A DNA stretch of 64,000 nt from a virus (IMGVR_UViG_3300042922_001018), one strand, 5' to 3'. Shown: positions 38,197 through 48,713, numbered from the stretch's first letter. Notes: a model not told the origin generated them from the letters alone. Made by a program: numbers and translations.

Positions 38197-39270
38197 TCAA
38201 GCGACCGCGCCATTCCATACGCGCTGGGCGAAAGCCATCTCGTCCCCGTCGCAGTCAGCCTGGTACGGGCCGCGCCACGTAGGGACGATGACCTTCGCCA
38301 TGCAGTCGGCCAGCAGTTCCAGCCCGGCATTCCCCGTGGTGAACAGCGCAGCCAGCGTTGGGGAGTCGATGAGCGCCCAGTAGTTCTTGAACTGAATCTG
38401 ATGAGCGTACTCGTGAGCCATCGGCCCCATCCAGTAGCCCTTCGAGTTGCCTGCGACACGATTCGCTACGATGACGCGACCATCCGGGTGAGCACACGCG
38501 ATAGCCGCTGCCATCTCACATACGATGTCCGCCCGCTCTAGATGCACCCATCCGCCGCCCACTGCGTCTAACGCAGAACGAGCGCCTGCCAGAACGGGGT
38601 CTGTGGCAGGCGCTGCGTTTGTATTCGCGGAAGGGTCAGGTGTCGGTGGAGGCTCCTCGTTCGGGTCTAGGCCTTCACGCTGCTCCCGTTCCAGCTCTTG
38701 CTGTTCTTGTTCAGCGCGAAGACGTTCCTGCTCCGCGTCGTATTCCTGGACTTCGGTCCGCAGAACGTTCATCGCGTCTCGTACTGTAGCCGTGGAGTTC
38801 GCCACGACGGCTGGATTCTCGCGTTCAGCCGCTACCCGGTCCTGCTCAGCAGAGACCGTTCGCTCGAACCCGGAGACATCCACCTTCGGCCGAGCCTCAT
38901 CGAGGAGAGCTGCGGCTTCGCCCAACGTGGTGAGGAAGCCTTCCCGGCTAGCGAGAAGCTCCTCCTGCGTCGCGATAGTCGCGTCTTTCTCCGCCACCGC
39001 CGACTCTAGCTCAGCGATACGCGCCTCAGCGTCCCCCGTCTGTTGACGGGCTTCCGCCGAAGTCGATTCCAGCTCAGCCACGCGCGCACTCGCCGAAGCG
39101 TACTGCGCGCCGAAGAAGATTGCAGCGATGATTGCGATGACTGCCACAGCGAGCATGGCAGCGAACATTGTCACCTTGACCCGAGAGAGTCGCTTCTCCT
39201 GGCGACGACGCTTCGCCCCGTCATGGTTGACGAGGATTTGCGCCGAGCTGTCGTCGAATAGTTCGCTCAT
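38197..39270 (-). CDS. TM + coiled-coil + HExxH metallopeptidase-like protein
   Basis: MAHEYAHQIQ...ELLADC; paralog of 12570..13148. Confidence 0.78.
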   Translation of the reverse strand: MSELFDDSSAQILVNHDGAKRRRQEKRLSRVKVTMFAAMLAVAVIAIIAAIFFGAQYASASARVAELESTSAEARQQTGDAEARIAELESAVAEKDATIATQEELLASREGFLTTLGEAAALLDEARPKVDVSGFERTVSAEQDRVAAERENPAVVANSTATVRDAMNVLRTEVQEYDAEQERLRAEQEQQELEREQREGLDPNEEPPPTPDPSANTNAAPATDPVLAGARSALDAVGGGWVHLERADIVCEMAAAIACAHPDGRVIVANRVAGNSKGYWMGPMAHEYAHQIQFKNYWALIDSPTLAALFTTGNAGLELLADCMAKVIVPTWRGPYQADCDGDEMAFAQRVWNGAVA

Positions 39271-39698
39271 ACTCCAGCCAGGCCGTCATCTCGGTCGTCG
39301 GAGCCGGGGCGGCGAGGCTTCAGTAGCCCCTTCTGGTGAGACTTCTCAGCCTCAGCGTCAGCGAGGCGACGCTCGTCGTCCACCGGCTGTGGGGTGCCGA
39401 ACCCGGTGATGAGCGCCTCATCCTTCGAGCCGAAGGGAAGCGCCTTGAAGCGGAACCGTTCGAACTCGTTGAGGACGCGCGAGACATCCTGCGCGGAGCC
39501 GTGAACCTCGATGATGGCGATGCGCGTCTGACTGTCCTTCCAGCCGTACGCGCCATGCGCCGAGTAGTTCACAGACGACCCGTCGAGAACGCTCCAGACG
39601 CGCCACAGGCGACGAAGGTTCGCGGCAACCCGAATGAACCTGGGGGTGGACAGACTCGTGTCTGCCTCGGGGCGCTCCAGAACAGCAGCCTCAGACAT
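39267..39698 (-). CDS. hypothetical protein
   Basis: MSEAAVLERPE...; GAGG RBS. Confidence 0.65.
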   Translation of the reverse strand: MSEAAVLERPEADTSLSTPRFIRVAANLRRLWRVWSVLDGSSVNYSAHGAYGWKDSQTRIAIIEVHGSAQDVSRVLNEFERFRFKALPFGSKDEALITGFGTPQPVDDERRLADAEAEKSHQKGLLKPRRPGSDDRDDGLAGV

Positions 39699-40305
39699 AA
39701 GCGATTCCTCTCGCGCTGGGGGTAAGAAGCTCGGGGATAACCGTCGCCCACTCACTCCAATGATACATCCTACGACCCGGCGTTGCGACGTTGTAGGGGT
39801 GGTCGAAAACGACGTGCTCCCAGAAGGGCGCGATGGCGCCCGTGATGACCGGCTTGTCATCGAGCAGCACGTCACCGAACTCGGTGGTCTTGTCCCACTT
39901 CAGCACGGCGCTATGCGCCAGTTCCGGGGAGAAGTCACGGCCGAGCGCGAGAATCTTGTCGCTCGCGCACGTCGGGTTCGAGGCCGTCGGCGCAGAGCAG
40001 ACCTTCGTCAGGACGCCCTGCATCGCCGAGATTTCAGCCATGGCCTCCTGCGCGCCTTCCATGACCGGAATGCGCTTGTAGAAGTGCGGCAGGTCGAAGA
40101 CGAGCTGCTTCTGCTCCTGGGTCAGAAGCGGAGCGTTGACCATGGGGTTGTAGTCCAGACGCGCCAGGCGGTCCGGCACCGGTACATGCGGGAACCGCTG
40201 TCCTACTTCCTCCCAGAACAGAGCGTCCCAGTCGTAGAGGACATTGTCCATGTCCACCAGGAAGATGAACGGCCGGTCGCTGAACGGCCTAATGATGTCG
40301 TTCAC
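39691..40305 (-). CDS. 5'(3')-deoxyribonucleotidase (HAD, NT5C-like)
   Basis: VDMDNVL, DKT..GDVLLDDKP, FDHPYN. Confidence 0.9.
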   Translation of the reverse strand: MNDIIRPFSDRPFIFLVDMDNVLYDWDALFWEEVGQRFPHVPVPDRLARLDYNPMVNAPLLTQEQKQLVFDLPHFYKRIPVMEGAQEAMAEISAMQGVLTKVCSAPTASNPTCASDKILALGRDFSPELAHSAVLKWDKTTEFGDVLLDDKPVITGAIAPFWEHVVFDHPYNVATPGRRMYHWSEWATVIPELLTPSARGIAYV

Positions 40306-40562
40306 TGCATCCCACTTTCGTCAGTCGTGCTGTTCATCGTACCACTGGTCTCAGAGGACGAGTCGAATCGCTCAGACGCGAAGTCTCCGTTGTGTCGCAA
40401 CGCCTCGGCTTCCAGGAACTCCAGGTTCTCGGGAGAGTCCTTCATAAAGCCCCAACGCAGCGGATTTTGAGGGCACTCGAAGCACTCAACCATCAAGGTC
40501 AGGTGCGTGTCCTCGGGACTCAAAGAGACCGGGACGACCGTAGCACGATGCTCATTCGGCAT
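40302..40562 (-). CDS. small CxxC...H protein
   Basis: ECFECP...HN; coupled. Confidence 0.6.
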   Translation of the reverse strand: MPNEHRATVVPVSLSPEDTHLTLMVECFECPQNPLRWGFMKDSPENLEFLEAEALRHNGDFASERFDSSSETSGTMNSTTDESGMQ

Positions 40563-41235
40563 CCGAAGCCTCCAGCTCCGTTCCTTCGGCGTTCATGTCG
40601 CCGAAGTTTGCCACCGTGAAAGGACCGGCATGAGTCCATGCGAAGACGAAGTTCGAGCCGTCACCTTCAAGGTCACCGAAGGACACCACCCAGGAAGTCT
40701 CGCTTCCCAGAAGCTCATTGAACCGCTCATCGTCCTTGTAAGACAGCACGCAAGGAAGTTCATCCAGGCCGAGGTGACACTGCGCGGAACCATCCGAGAA
40801 CAGCGTAGCCTGGACCGTGCCGTACTCGAACTGGACCGTTGCACCTTCGACGCGCTCGCGACCCTGCTCGAAGAACCATCCAGCGGAGAGAAGGATGAGC
40901 GCCCCGAGAAGGGAAGCAGCGACGAGCGGGAAGAGAGCATTAGCGAGAGTGCGCCAGAACGTCGGGCGGAGGGGAGAGTCAGCAATCTCCGGGTCGTCGG
41001 CCGCAATCGTCTGAGCCGCGCCATACTCGCGGAAACGCCTGGCCGCATGAGAGCTGATGAACCACGCTACGACGCCGACGATGAGGAAACCTGCGGCAGC
41101 CCACGGGATTGTGTCCGGGTTCGCCGCGAACAGCAGTTCCGCTCGACGGTCTACCGCACCGACAGCCTTGAAGCCGAACAACGCGGTGAACACGACGAGG
41201 GCGAAGGCCACAACGGGCCACAGAACGAAACGCAT
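40552..41235 (-). CDS. membrane protein (3 TM)
   Basis: Hydrophobic segments. Confidence 0.72.
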   Translation of the reverse strand: MRFVLWPVVAFALVVFTALFGFKAVGAVDRRAELLFAANPDTIPWAAAGFLIVGVVAWFISSHAARRFREYGAAQTIAADDPEIADSPLRPTFWRTLANALFPLVAASLLGALILLSAGWFFEQGRERVEGATVQFEYGTVQATLFSDGSAQCHLGLDELPCVLSYKDDERFNELLGSETSWVVSFGDLEGDGSNFVFAWTHAGPFTVANFGDMNAEGTELEASDAE

Positions 41236-42056
41236 CAGACTCCTACCAGGCCCATTCTCTTGGGCTGTACCATAGTGTACACGTATTCGTCGGGTACGTT
41301 ATCGGCGACGATGCGCGCGGCGACACGAGGGTCGGTGACGCCGATGCCACGAAGGCGTGTCGCCTCGGCCGGGGAGCATCCTGCGGCGACCAGGAACGGA
41401 AGTGCCTCGATGAGGTCGTCACGCTCGAACCCGTGCGGACCGGTCTCGCAGAGAGACGCCCACGCAAGGGAGTCCCGGCGAGGACCGCGCACCATACCGA
41501 GCTGTGCCAGAATCTTGCGCATCGTGTCCGTGGACAGGCGGCTGAGGAAGGCCTGAGCGTTGTACCCCGACTTAGCCTCCTCGTGGACTTCGTAGAGGCG
41601 CTCGAAGTAGTCGTACGGGATGTTGAACTCAGCGACCGTCTGCACGAACGCTTCGCCGAGAACGTGGGAACCATTCATCACGCGGCTGAGGGTGGCTTCG
41701 AACCATGTCTTCGCTGCCTTCTCGTCCATGCCGAAGCACAGAACCAGAGGGTGAACATCCGGGTTCGCCGCGAGAAGCCGCTCGGTGAAGCCGACGAGAC
41801 CGTCAGCGGCGGCAGCGTTGAACGCGGCTTCATTCTTCAGATAGCCCCGCGCCCATGCTCGGGCCGGGCGAACGCTGGTATGCCGACGATTGCGAAGAGC
41901 GACGCGAAGCCCGGTGTAGAAGTTCGACTTGATGAACCGACGCTCGGCGTAGAAGGCATCTTCCGTCTTGTCCGGACGCATGCCGACGATGACCTGCTTC
42001 ATCAGGTCCAGCGGCGCCAGGGGAATCGAAAGCACCATCTTCGTCATGAGGTTCAT
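41235..42056 (-). CDS. hypothetical protein, GVP.EY-repeat family
   Basis: C-terminal DNVPDEY; start estimated. Confidence 0.65.
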   Translation of the reverse strand: MNLMTKMVLSIPLAPLDLMKQVIVGMRPDKTEDAFYAERRFIKSNFYTGLRVALRNRRHTSVRPARAWARGYLKNEAAFNAAAADGLVGFTERLLAANPDVHPLVLCFGMDEKAAKTWFEATLSRVMNGSHVLGEAFVQTVAEFNIPYDYFERLYEVHEEAKSGYNAQAFLSRLSTDTMRKILAQLGMVRGPRRDSLAWASLCETGPHGFERDDLIEALPFLVAAGCSPAEATRLRGIGVTDPRVAARIVADNVPDEYVYTMVQPKRMGLVGV

Positions 42057-42156
42057 ACCCACGAGAATAACACGAGCGCTGTCCTCCTGCAAGTCGAGGC
42101 GTGGATTGACACCCCGCGAGCTGGCATGATACGCTCGCGGGGACGAAAGGAATCGA

Positions 42157-42660
42157 GTGCCTCGTAAGCTAGACTTCAACGCAGACCCACTGCTGTTGCC
42201 CGGTATCGGCGCGCCTCGAATCACCGTCAAGCACCAGGGTGCTTACCATCTCACCTCCGCCTACGTCCGCGCCGGTTCCTGGGCGAAGGGCATCTTCATC
42301 GTCGAGGTGGACAGCCGCGAGAAGCGCATCGAGGTGCCCTCGTATTCGTACGCTTCGTTCGGCACTCCCGCCTACGGAGACGAGGTGCCTGGTGTCGCTG
42401 AAGTCTGCATTGGTCCGCGTGGCGACGGTGACTCGACTATCTTCTACACGGAAGACGATGCCGCAGAAGCGCCCGAAGATGTGGACATTGACGCATGGAC
42501 GACGCTGAGCATCCAGTTCCCGCGGCCGTGGACAACTCGCATCCCCACACGACTGCGAAAGCTACTGCGTATCCCCGCACACGACTGGCACTTCTCCGTC
42601 GATGAGAACTACGACAAGTACGGCTTCGTGTTCATTGCGTACCGCTACCGCGGTCTCTGA
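42157..42660 (+). CDS. hypothetical protein
   Basis: 167 aa; AAAGGA RBS; divergent. Confidence 0.7.
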   Translation: MPRKLDFNADPLLLPGIGAPRITVKHQGAYHLTSAYVRAGSWAKGIFIVEVDSREKRIEVPSYSYASFGTPAYGDEVPGVAEVCIGPRGDGDSTIFYTEDDAAEAPEDVDIDAWTTLSIQFPRPWTTRIPTRLRKLLRIPAHDWHFSVDENYDKYGFVFIAYRYRGL

Positions 42661-42662
42661 AG

Positions 42663-43406
42663 TCAGCGGCGACGGCCGTGCGACTCGGAGTCGCGCTGGG
42701 CAATACGCGCGTCCCGCTCAGCCATGAAGCTGTCGAACTCGTCAGTCTGACGGAAGTCGCGCAGGTCTTCACGGAGCTGCTCCAGCTCGGCCAGGATACG
42801 GCTGTCGTACGGCTCGAAGCCTGACTGGTCGAAGCCTGCATCCGTGCAGAACGCGTATCGTGCGCGTACTGTTTCTACGGTGCCCTGGGCACCACCGATT
42901 GTGACGGGCGACTGACGAACCTTCGCCGCCTCGATGTCGCTTCCCGTGAGGTCAGCGTAGTACCACATCTGGAGCGCGCGAGCAACCTCGCGCGCCTCAT
43001 GACGGGGGATTTCCGGCTCGTAGGAAGCCGCCCACTGCTGTTCGGCACTCTGAGCGCCACTGGCGCGGGCGCTATCGACCTTGGTAATCCAGGCAGCAGG
43101 GTTCGCCTCCTGCTGGACCTCCCAGTCCGGGTTCATGTCGTAGAGCGCCTGTCCTGCCGCGTCCGCGCCGCTTTCGATGTAGCGGGTGCGTGCGATGGCG
43201 TAGGAGACCCGCATGGCGTCCAGCGCCGACGAGGGAACCGGGACACTCTTCCAGAACCGGATGACCTGCTCCGCGTTGGTGTAGCTGGCAGGCGGGTACT
43301 CGAAGCTTGCGTCGCCGAACTCGTTCAAGCCGATTTCTGGAGCAGAGCCTTCCTTCTCCGAGAACTGGCCGGTGGCGGTACGGGGTTGCATGTCACTCAT
43401 GGTCAT
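42663..43406 (-). CDS. PR..DG.F..PE-tagged protein 3
   Basis: QPRTATGQFSEKEGSAPEIGL; GCCTACA-N7-ATG. Confidence 0.8.
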   Translation of the reverse strand: MTMSDMQPRTATGQFSEKEGSAPEIGLNEFGDASFEYPPASYTNAEQVIRFWKSVPVPSSALDAMRVSYAIARTRYIESGADAAGQALYDMNPDWEVQQEANPAAWITKVDSARASGAQSAEQQWAASYEPEIPRHEAREVARALQMWYYADLTGSDIEAAKVRQSPVTIGGAQGTVETVRARYAFCTDAGFDQSGFEPYDSRILAELEQLREDLRDFRQTDEFDSFMAERDARIAQRDSESHGRRR

Positions 43407-43428
43407 AGTTCAGTGTAGGCAGGAGCGC

Positions 43429-46400
43429 TCAACGGAAGCGAGGCGGCGTCGAAGCGCTCGAACCCGGCTGCGGCGCCACGGACGGTGCCGCAGCCTTACC
43501 GTCCAGGATGAGCCGTCGTGTCGGTCCTGCGGTCGGCGTGGCCGGTCCTGCGTTGCCTCCAGGAATGACGCGACGCGTCTGCGGCGTGCCAACGCCACTC
43601 AGCTTCGTGTTCGGGTCAAAGAGAATCTGACGCGGTGCGACCTTCGCGAACGGAGTCGCCGAGTTCGCGGGGGCCGCAGGAAGCGGCGGGACCGGACGGC
43701 CAGCGACCGGAGCACCCGTTACCGGGGTACGGGGCTTCGGAGGACGCGAGGACGGCGCTGGGGCCGAACCGCCGCCACCGTCGCGACGGTCGCGACGCGT
43801 CTGGTTGTTCGCCTTCTGCTGCTCCGCAGCCTGCACAGCCTGCTCCGCCTGGTAGTTGCGGTATGCCGCCATACGGTCACGTCCCGTGACGTTCGACGCT
43901 GCGCGCTTCGTAACGCCCCACGCCGCGCCAGAGGCCTTCGCCGTGGCGTAGGTTGCTCCGACTGCGGTCGCACCGATGACCCACGAGGAGCCTGCGGTCA
44001 TGACGCCGCCACCGACGACAGCCGCGCCGACGGCCACCTTCTTGGCGTCCGACTTCAGACGGTCCTGACGCGCGATGCGGAAGCCGACCTCGTCGAACGT
44101 ACCGTTCTCGTCGGTGTACTGCGCCCGCAGGTCGTCGCCACGGATGTGCTGAATCGGGTGCGCCATCGTGTTCGCGGTCGCCTTGACACCGTTCCACAGC
44201 TCGGAGCGACGCTCGGCCACGTTCTGCTTCGTGCTGAGCCATGCGTTGCGCATACCGTCCGCGCCCGCGGCACGCAGGTTGCGAGGGCCGTTGGCGGTGC
44301 CACCAGCCGCGAGGCCACCGGCCACCCGAGCTTCGGACTTCTGCTGAGAGGCGTACACGCGAGCAGCCATGCGCTCCTGACGCGCTGCGGCGTGTGCCTG
44401 CTGGCGCTGGTCGCGACGAGCAGAACCGAGGAACCCGCCAGCCGCAGCGCCACCGGCAGCCGCAGCGGCCGTACCCAGACCCTTGCCTGCACCAGCGGCA
44501 CTCGCTGCACCAGCCGCAGCCGTACCAACGCCACCAGCGGCAGCGCCCGCGGCACCGAGACCACGTCCAGCCGCACCCTTGCCTCCGGTAGCCGGAGCGA
44601 GCATGCCGCGGCCCATCGAAGCGCGGCGCTCGGCCATCGTCGTGCCGAAGCGACCACCCGAGACCTTGCTGAGGGCGGAAGAGCCAGCGCCCTGGATAGC
44701 CTGACGGCCCGAACGTTCGATAGCGCTCCGAGCCATACGGCCACCGATGAAGCCGCCGACAGCGCCACCCGCCGCTCCAGAGGCGAGACCGTAAGCGATG
44801 CCGCCCTTCATGGACATCGGCGAAGGCATCTTCAGCACCTTCTTGAAAATCATGTTCAGCGAGATGACCGCTAGCACAGGAGCCGCAGCCGCCCATCCCA
44901 GGGCCATGACGGTACCAGCGCCGAAGGAGCCGTTACCGAACTGCACCAGGATGAACGTGGTGAGAACCACCACGGAAAGCAGGACAAGCGACAGCGCTGC
45001 GAACAGCATCGACCCGATGAACTGCTTAGCCGCCGCCCCGAGCTGCTCCAGACCGTTCGCACGGAAGAGCGCCAGAATCATGATGGGCAGGATGGTAATG
45101 GTGCCGAGGACCACGAAGAGCTTCGCGATGACAACGGCAAGCGCCATGCCGAAGAAAATGCACATCATGATGAACGCGCTTACTGCGTAAATCAGCAGCG
45201 GGAACATGTTGCCAGCCGCGTTAGCGCCGTTCAGCGATGCGAGGTAATCCTGGATGTTCGCCTGCGTCGAAGCGTTCGAGATGTTCTCGGTCTTCTTCTC
45301 GATGTCGCTCATGGTGTAGCCGACCGAGAGACCACCCTCGAACTCGTTGTCCGTAGGCTTCTTGTTCCACCACTTCTGGCACTCGTCGGCAGCAACCCCC
45401 GAGAGCTGGTCCCAGCCCGTACGCCACTGCCACGTGCCAGCGCCACGGTTCGACGGCTCACAACCGGCCCAGCCGACCATCGCGCGCTGAATCTGCTCAG
45501 CCGAGGAGGCGGTCCAGACGAGCTGTCCCGTGTCACGAGCGCTCGCCGGGATGCCCGACGCGGCCGTGAAGTCGGCAGCGTTACGGGCGGGAGTCTGAGT
45601 CCAGCCATCCAGGAGACGGCAGTAGGAGTATTCAGCGTACTGGCTGGTTCCGAGCTGAGCGCTCTTCCAGACGGGCAGACCCGTCGTACGCCACATCGAG
45701 TCCATCGTCTGCGTCAGAGCGATACGAGGGGTCGCCAGAGCCGTCGGAGACGCACTCTCGCGGAAGCGCTTGTCGTACAGGTTGACGGACTCCGCGCAGA
45801 GGTTGTTGTTCGCAGTTCCCGGCGCACGGGAGCGGTCCGCGTCAATCTGGCCGCTGGTCTGAGTCTGAACGGTAGCGAGAACTGCACCGACAGGGACGCT
45901 TGCGGCGGTCGAGAGGGAGTCGTTCGCGATGGTGACAATCCAGCCCGGCGAACCGACGCCAGGCTTGTACTGACCGCCCGCAGTGGTCGTGGAGTTCTGC
46001 GCTCCGACCACCATAACGACGAACACGGCCATCGTCGCGACCAGCCCGGCGATACGCCGGAAGAGCATAGCGCTGGCGCCTGGCCCGGCCTTACGCCAGG
46101 ATGCGAACATCCAGATGCCCACCACCACAATCAAGATGAGAGGGATGAGAGCTACGCCGGAAGATGGATTCAGCATCGACTGGCCGAGGGTGGCGCCGAT
46201 TTGGTCCATCTGTGCACCCAGCATGTTGATGGGTTCGAAGTTGATAGCGAGGTCAGCGACCCACTGCGAGACGGTCCAGAAGCCGTTGCCGACGGCCATG
46301 ATGTTGCCCTGGAGCATCGTGCGCGAAGCGGCGTTCATCAGGTCGCCGATGGCCCACATGTCGTACTTGTTCTGGAAGCTCGCCGTAGCGTCACGCCAGC

Positions 46401-46869
46401 GATTCAGCAGAAGGTTCTGCGAGATAGCCGCACGCTCTGCCTGGGCCTCAGGGGACATGTACGGGCCACACGAGCCATCACAGGCTCCGATGGGCGCCCG
46501 GCTGCCATCCGCTGAAGTGATACCGCTGGGCAGGGCGGTAGACGATGCCTGTTGCTGCGTCGGCGCTCCATCGACGAAAGCAACAGCACCCTGCCCAGCG
46601 GATTCCGGGGTCGCGCCGATGACGGCAGGCGCGACAGAGTTGGCGATGGAGTCAGAAGGCTCCACGGATGCGACAGCCACACCGGTAACGGCGACCGTCG
46701 CGAGCATCAGACCAGCGAGAGCTGCGATGCCGGTCTTTGCGAAGCGTCCACGCCACGTTGCGCGCTTCGATGAATCTTTGGCCTTGCGGGGCGTGCCCGT
46801 CAGGCGTGCGCGGGAAGCCTCAGCAGCCTCATGCATCGGAAGGAAGATGCCACCAGTCACTTTAGCCAT
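43429..46869 (-). CDS. large polytopic membrane protein, VirB6/TrbL/TcpH-like architecture
   Basis: Multiple TM blocks, Cys-containing extracellular domain, long Ala/Gly-rich and Pro-rich tail; family is inference. Confidence 0.55.
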   Translation of the reverse strand: MAKVTGGIFLPMHEAAEASRARLTGTPRKAKDSSKRATWRGRFAKTGIAALAGLMLATVAVTGVAVASVEPSDSIANSVAPAVIGATPESAGQGAVAFVDGAPTQQQASSTALPSGITSADGSRAPIGACDGSCGPYMSPEAQAERAAISQNLLLNRWRDATASFQNKYDMWAIGDLMNAASRTMLQGNIMAVGNGFWTVSQWVADLAINFEPINMLGAQMDQIGATLGQSMLNPSSGVALIPLILIVVVGIWMFASWRKAGPGASAMLFRRIAGLVATMAVFVVMVVGAQNSTTTAGGQYKPGVGSPGWIVTIANDSLSTAASVPVGAVLATVQTQTSGQIDADRSRAPGTANNNLCAESVNLYDKRFRESASPTALATPRIALTQTMDSMWRTTGLPVWKSAQLGTSQYAEYSYCRLLDGWTQTPARNAADFTAASGIPASARDTGQLVWTASSAEQIQRAMVGWAGCEPSNRGAGTWQWRTGWDQLSGVAADECQKWWNKKPTDNEFEGGLSVGYTMSDIEKKTENISNASTQANIQDYLASLNGANAAGNMFPLLIYAVSAFIMMCIFFGMALAVVIAKLFVVLGTITILPIMILALFRANGLEQLGAAAKQFIGSMLFAALSLVLLSVVVLTTFILVQFGNGSFGAGTVMALGWAAAAPVLAVISLNMIFKKVLKMPSPMSMKGGIAYGLASGAAGGAVGGFIGGRMARSAIERSGRQAIQGAGSSALSKVSGGRFGTTMAERRASMGRGMLAPATGGKGAAGRGLGAAGAAAGGVGTAAAGAASAAGAGKGLGTAAAAAGGAAAGGFLGSARRDQRQQAHAAARQERMAARVYASQQKSEARVAGGLAAGGTANGPRNLRAAGADGMRNAWLSTKQNVAERRSELWNGVKATANTMAHPIQHIRGDDLRAQYTDENGTFDEVGFRIARQDRLKSDAKKVAVGAAVVGGGVMTAGSSWVIGATAVGATYATAKASGAAWGVTKRAASNVTGRDRMAAYRNYQAEQAVQAAEQQKANNQTRRDRRDGGGGSAPAPSSRPPKPRTPVTGAPVAGRPVPPLPAAPANSATPFAKVAPRQILFDPNTKLSGVGTPQTRRVIPGGNAGPATPTAGPTRRLILDGKAAAPSVAPQPGSSASTPPRFR

Positions 46870-47342
46870 CCTTCGGTATCAATCTGCTGCTTGCGACGCC
46901 GTGGCGTCGGGGTGGTCAGGACCGCGGTAGGTGCGACCTGTTCGTATTCGGGACGAAGCTCGATGTCCAGCGGACCGACCATAGCCAGATACGAAGGAGA
47001 GATGGTTTCGTTACATACGAATACTACACCATTCTGCGCCTTACGCTTGTCCCACATGGCCTCGTAACGACGAAGGCCGAGACCGTCGCGCGTACGACCC
47101 TCCACGAAGAAGAAGGTCAGGGCCACGACAATGAGGGGGATGGTCAGAAGAACTACTACGCCCGGCATCATGCCGAACGAGAAGGCGACCGGAGCAATAA
47201 GGCCCACAGGGATAAGAGAAGCCAGGAGAGCCATCACGGTCACGATGAACGACCGACGCGAGATTTCGAACGTCGCCAGGACCATTGTCCGGCCGGTGTT
47301 CTTCTTCGCGCCAGTCAGGCTGGTCATCGAGAACATGTACAT
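46857..47342 (-). CDS. two-TM protein, PrgI/TcpE (VirB3)-like architecture
   Basis: TM hairpin then RTRDGL basic region; family is inference. Confidence 0.5.
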   Translation of the reverse strand: MYMFSMTSLTGAKKNTGRTMVLATFEISRRSFIVTVMALLASLIPVGLIAPVAFSFGMMPGVVVLLTIPLIVVALTFFFVEGRTRDGLGLRRYEAMWDKRKAQNGVVFVCNETISPSYLAMVGPLDIELRPEYEQVAPTAVLTTPTPRRRKQQIDTEGWLK

Positions 47343-47434
47343 GGTTGTTACCTATTATCCCATCTGGGCGAACGAGAAGTGGCCGAGCACCCGAAGGTGA
47401 CGGCCACTTCCCTGCCGTTGGAAGGCCGTCGGGG

Positions 47435-47728
47435 TTACCGTACGACCGAGTTGACGATGGTGATGAGGAAGCCGACGATGAACTGAAGAACACCGATGAT
47501 GGCCGGAATGACGAGCTGTGGACCAGCCAGTGCGCCCGCGAGGACGACGGCAATCCACGGGAAGCCCTGCATGCCAGCCCCGCCACCCTTGCGTCGCTGC
47601 CACAGCCATACGACCACGGAGATGACGAGGATGACCACACCCAGCACCGTCATGAACGTCAGAACGTTCGACGGTACGACTGCGATGAGACGGTTCCAGC
47701 CGTCCACCCAGTTGAGGCCACTACCCAT
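47435..47728 (-). CDS. small two-TM protein, TcpD/VirB2-like architecture
   Basis: 97 aa, two hydrophobic helices, basic Gly loop; GAAAGG RBS. Confidence 0.5.
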   Translation of the reverse strand: MGSGLNWVDGWNRLIAVVPSNVLTFMTVLGVVILVISVVVWLWQRRKGGGAGMQGFPWIAVVLAGALAGPQLVIPAIIGVLQFIVGFLITIVNSVVR

Positions 47729-47866
47729 TGTTGTCTACCTTTCGCTAAGAACCGCTTGATGCGGGCATAGGGGTTGTAGGCGGCGAACGGGTCGCGGGTG
47801 TCACTGTAAGAGACTTGGAGCGCCTCCTATGCACCCATCAGAATAGCAAGTCCACGCATCAAGAGT

Positions 47867-47919
47867 GAACGCGGTGCCAACCCCGAGATAGCTGTCATCT
47901 CAGGGTTGGCACCGCGTTC
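47867..47919. terminator. long inverted repeat, probable terminator
   Basis: GAACGCGGTGCCAACCC / GGGTTGGCACCGCGTTC after stop of 47931 gene. Confidence 0.7.
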
Positions 47920-47930
47920 GGTAGAAGGAG

Positions 47931-48713
47931 TCAGCAGCCCGCCAGAACCGAGGTGAGCGCCTGCTGGTCCGCGGCCGGAATCGTCAGCTCATACTTCTGG
48001 AGGACGGACGTGAAGTCAACGGCATATGTGCAGTGGTAGGAAGCCGAAGCGGGCATCCACGTGGACGGTCCCTGGTCCGACTTGGAACCGTTCTGCGGTC
48101 CGTCCACGGCCTTCAAGTTGATGGGGTCGTTGGCGAAGAGGATGCGCGTGTCCTGGTCCCAGCTCTCAGCGCCGTTCTGCCAAGCCCAGCTCAGCGGGAT
48201 GACGTGGTCAATCTGGACAGCCATCGAGTCGCCCGTGTTCTTGCCGAAAGCGTTCGTGTGAACGAAGTCGATGGTCTTGCCGGTGTACACATCGTTCAGG
48301 ACGCCGACCTGGACCTCGCAGTCGCCCCGGAAAGTCTCGAACGAAGCGAAGTCACGCTTCAGGATGTCGTTGCGCGTGTCGCAGCCGTTGCCGTCCACGT
48401 CAATCCATCCGTCGCCGAACTGCGCCTTGCGGTCATAGTCCGTGCTCGGGTCAGCCTGCGTCGCCGGAAGCGAAGCGACGAATGCGCTTGCCTCATCGTA
48501 GATGTCGCCCGCGACCGGCTGCTCAGGAGCCGTGGACTCGACAGGGGCCGGAACGACCGCCGACTCGGTCGGCGCCGGGGAGAAGGTCTCGACCGCGGCG
48601 GGGCGCTGTGCCTGCATCGCGTTGAACCCGGCGACAGCGACCAGGACGGCCCCGAGGAACACCAGGATGCCGATGATGGCGACCGGGCGGAAGAAGCGGT
48701 GAGAGTTCGTCAT
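47931..48713 (-). CDS. secreted/membrane HNH nuclease (DUF1524-like)
   Basis: TM; CDTRNDILKRD, QIDHVIPL, ANDPINL, NGSKSD. Confidence 0.88.
   Translation of the reverse strand: MTNSHRFFRPVAIIGILVFLGAVLVAVAGFNAMQAQRPAAVETFSPAPTESAVVPAPVESTAPEQPVAGDIYDEASAFVASLPATQADPSTDYDRKAQFGDGWIDVDGNGCDTRNDILKRDFASFETFRGDCEVQVGVLNDVYTGKTIDFVHTNAFGKNTGDSMAVQIDHVIPLSWAWQNGAESWDQDTRILFANDPINLKAVDGPQNGSKSDQGPSTWMPASASYHCTYAVDFTSVLQKYELTIPAADQQALTSVLAGC

Noticed and set aside
43429-46869. Tape measure protein
   Set aside because: No neighbouring tail genes; topology of TM blocks plus Cys-containing external domain fits a membrane channel component better, though not excluded
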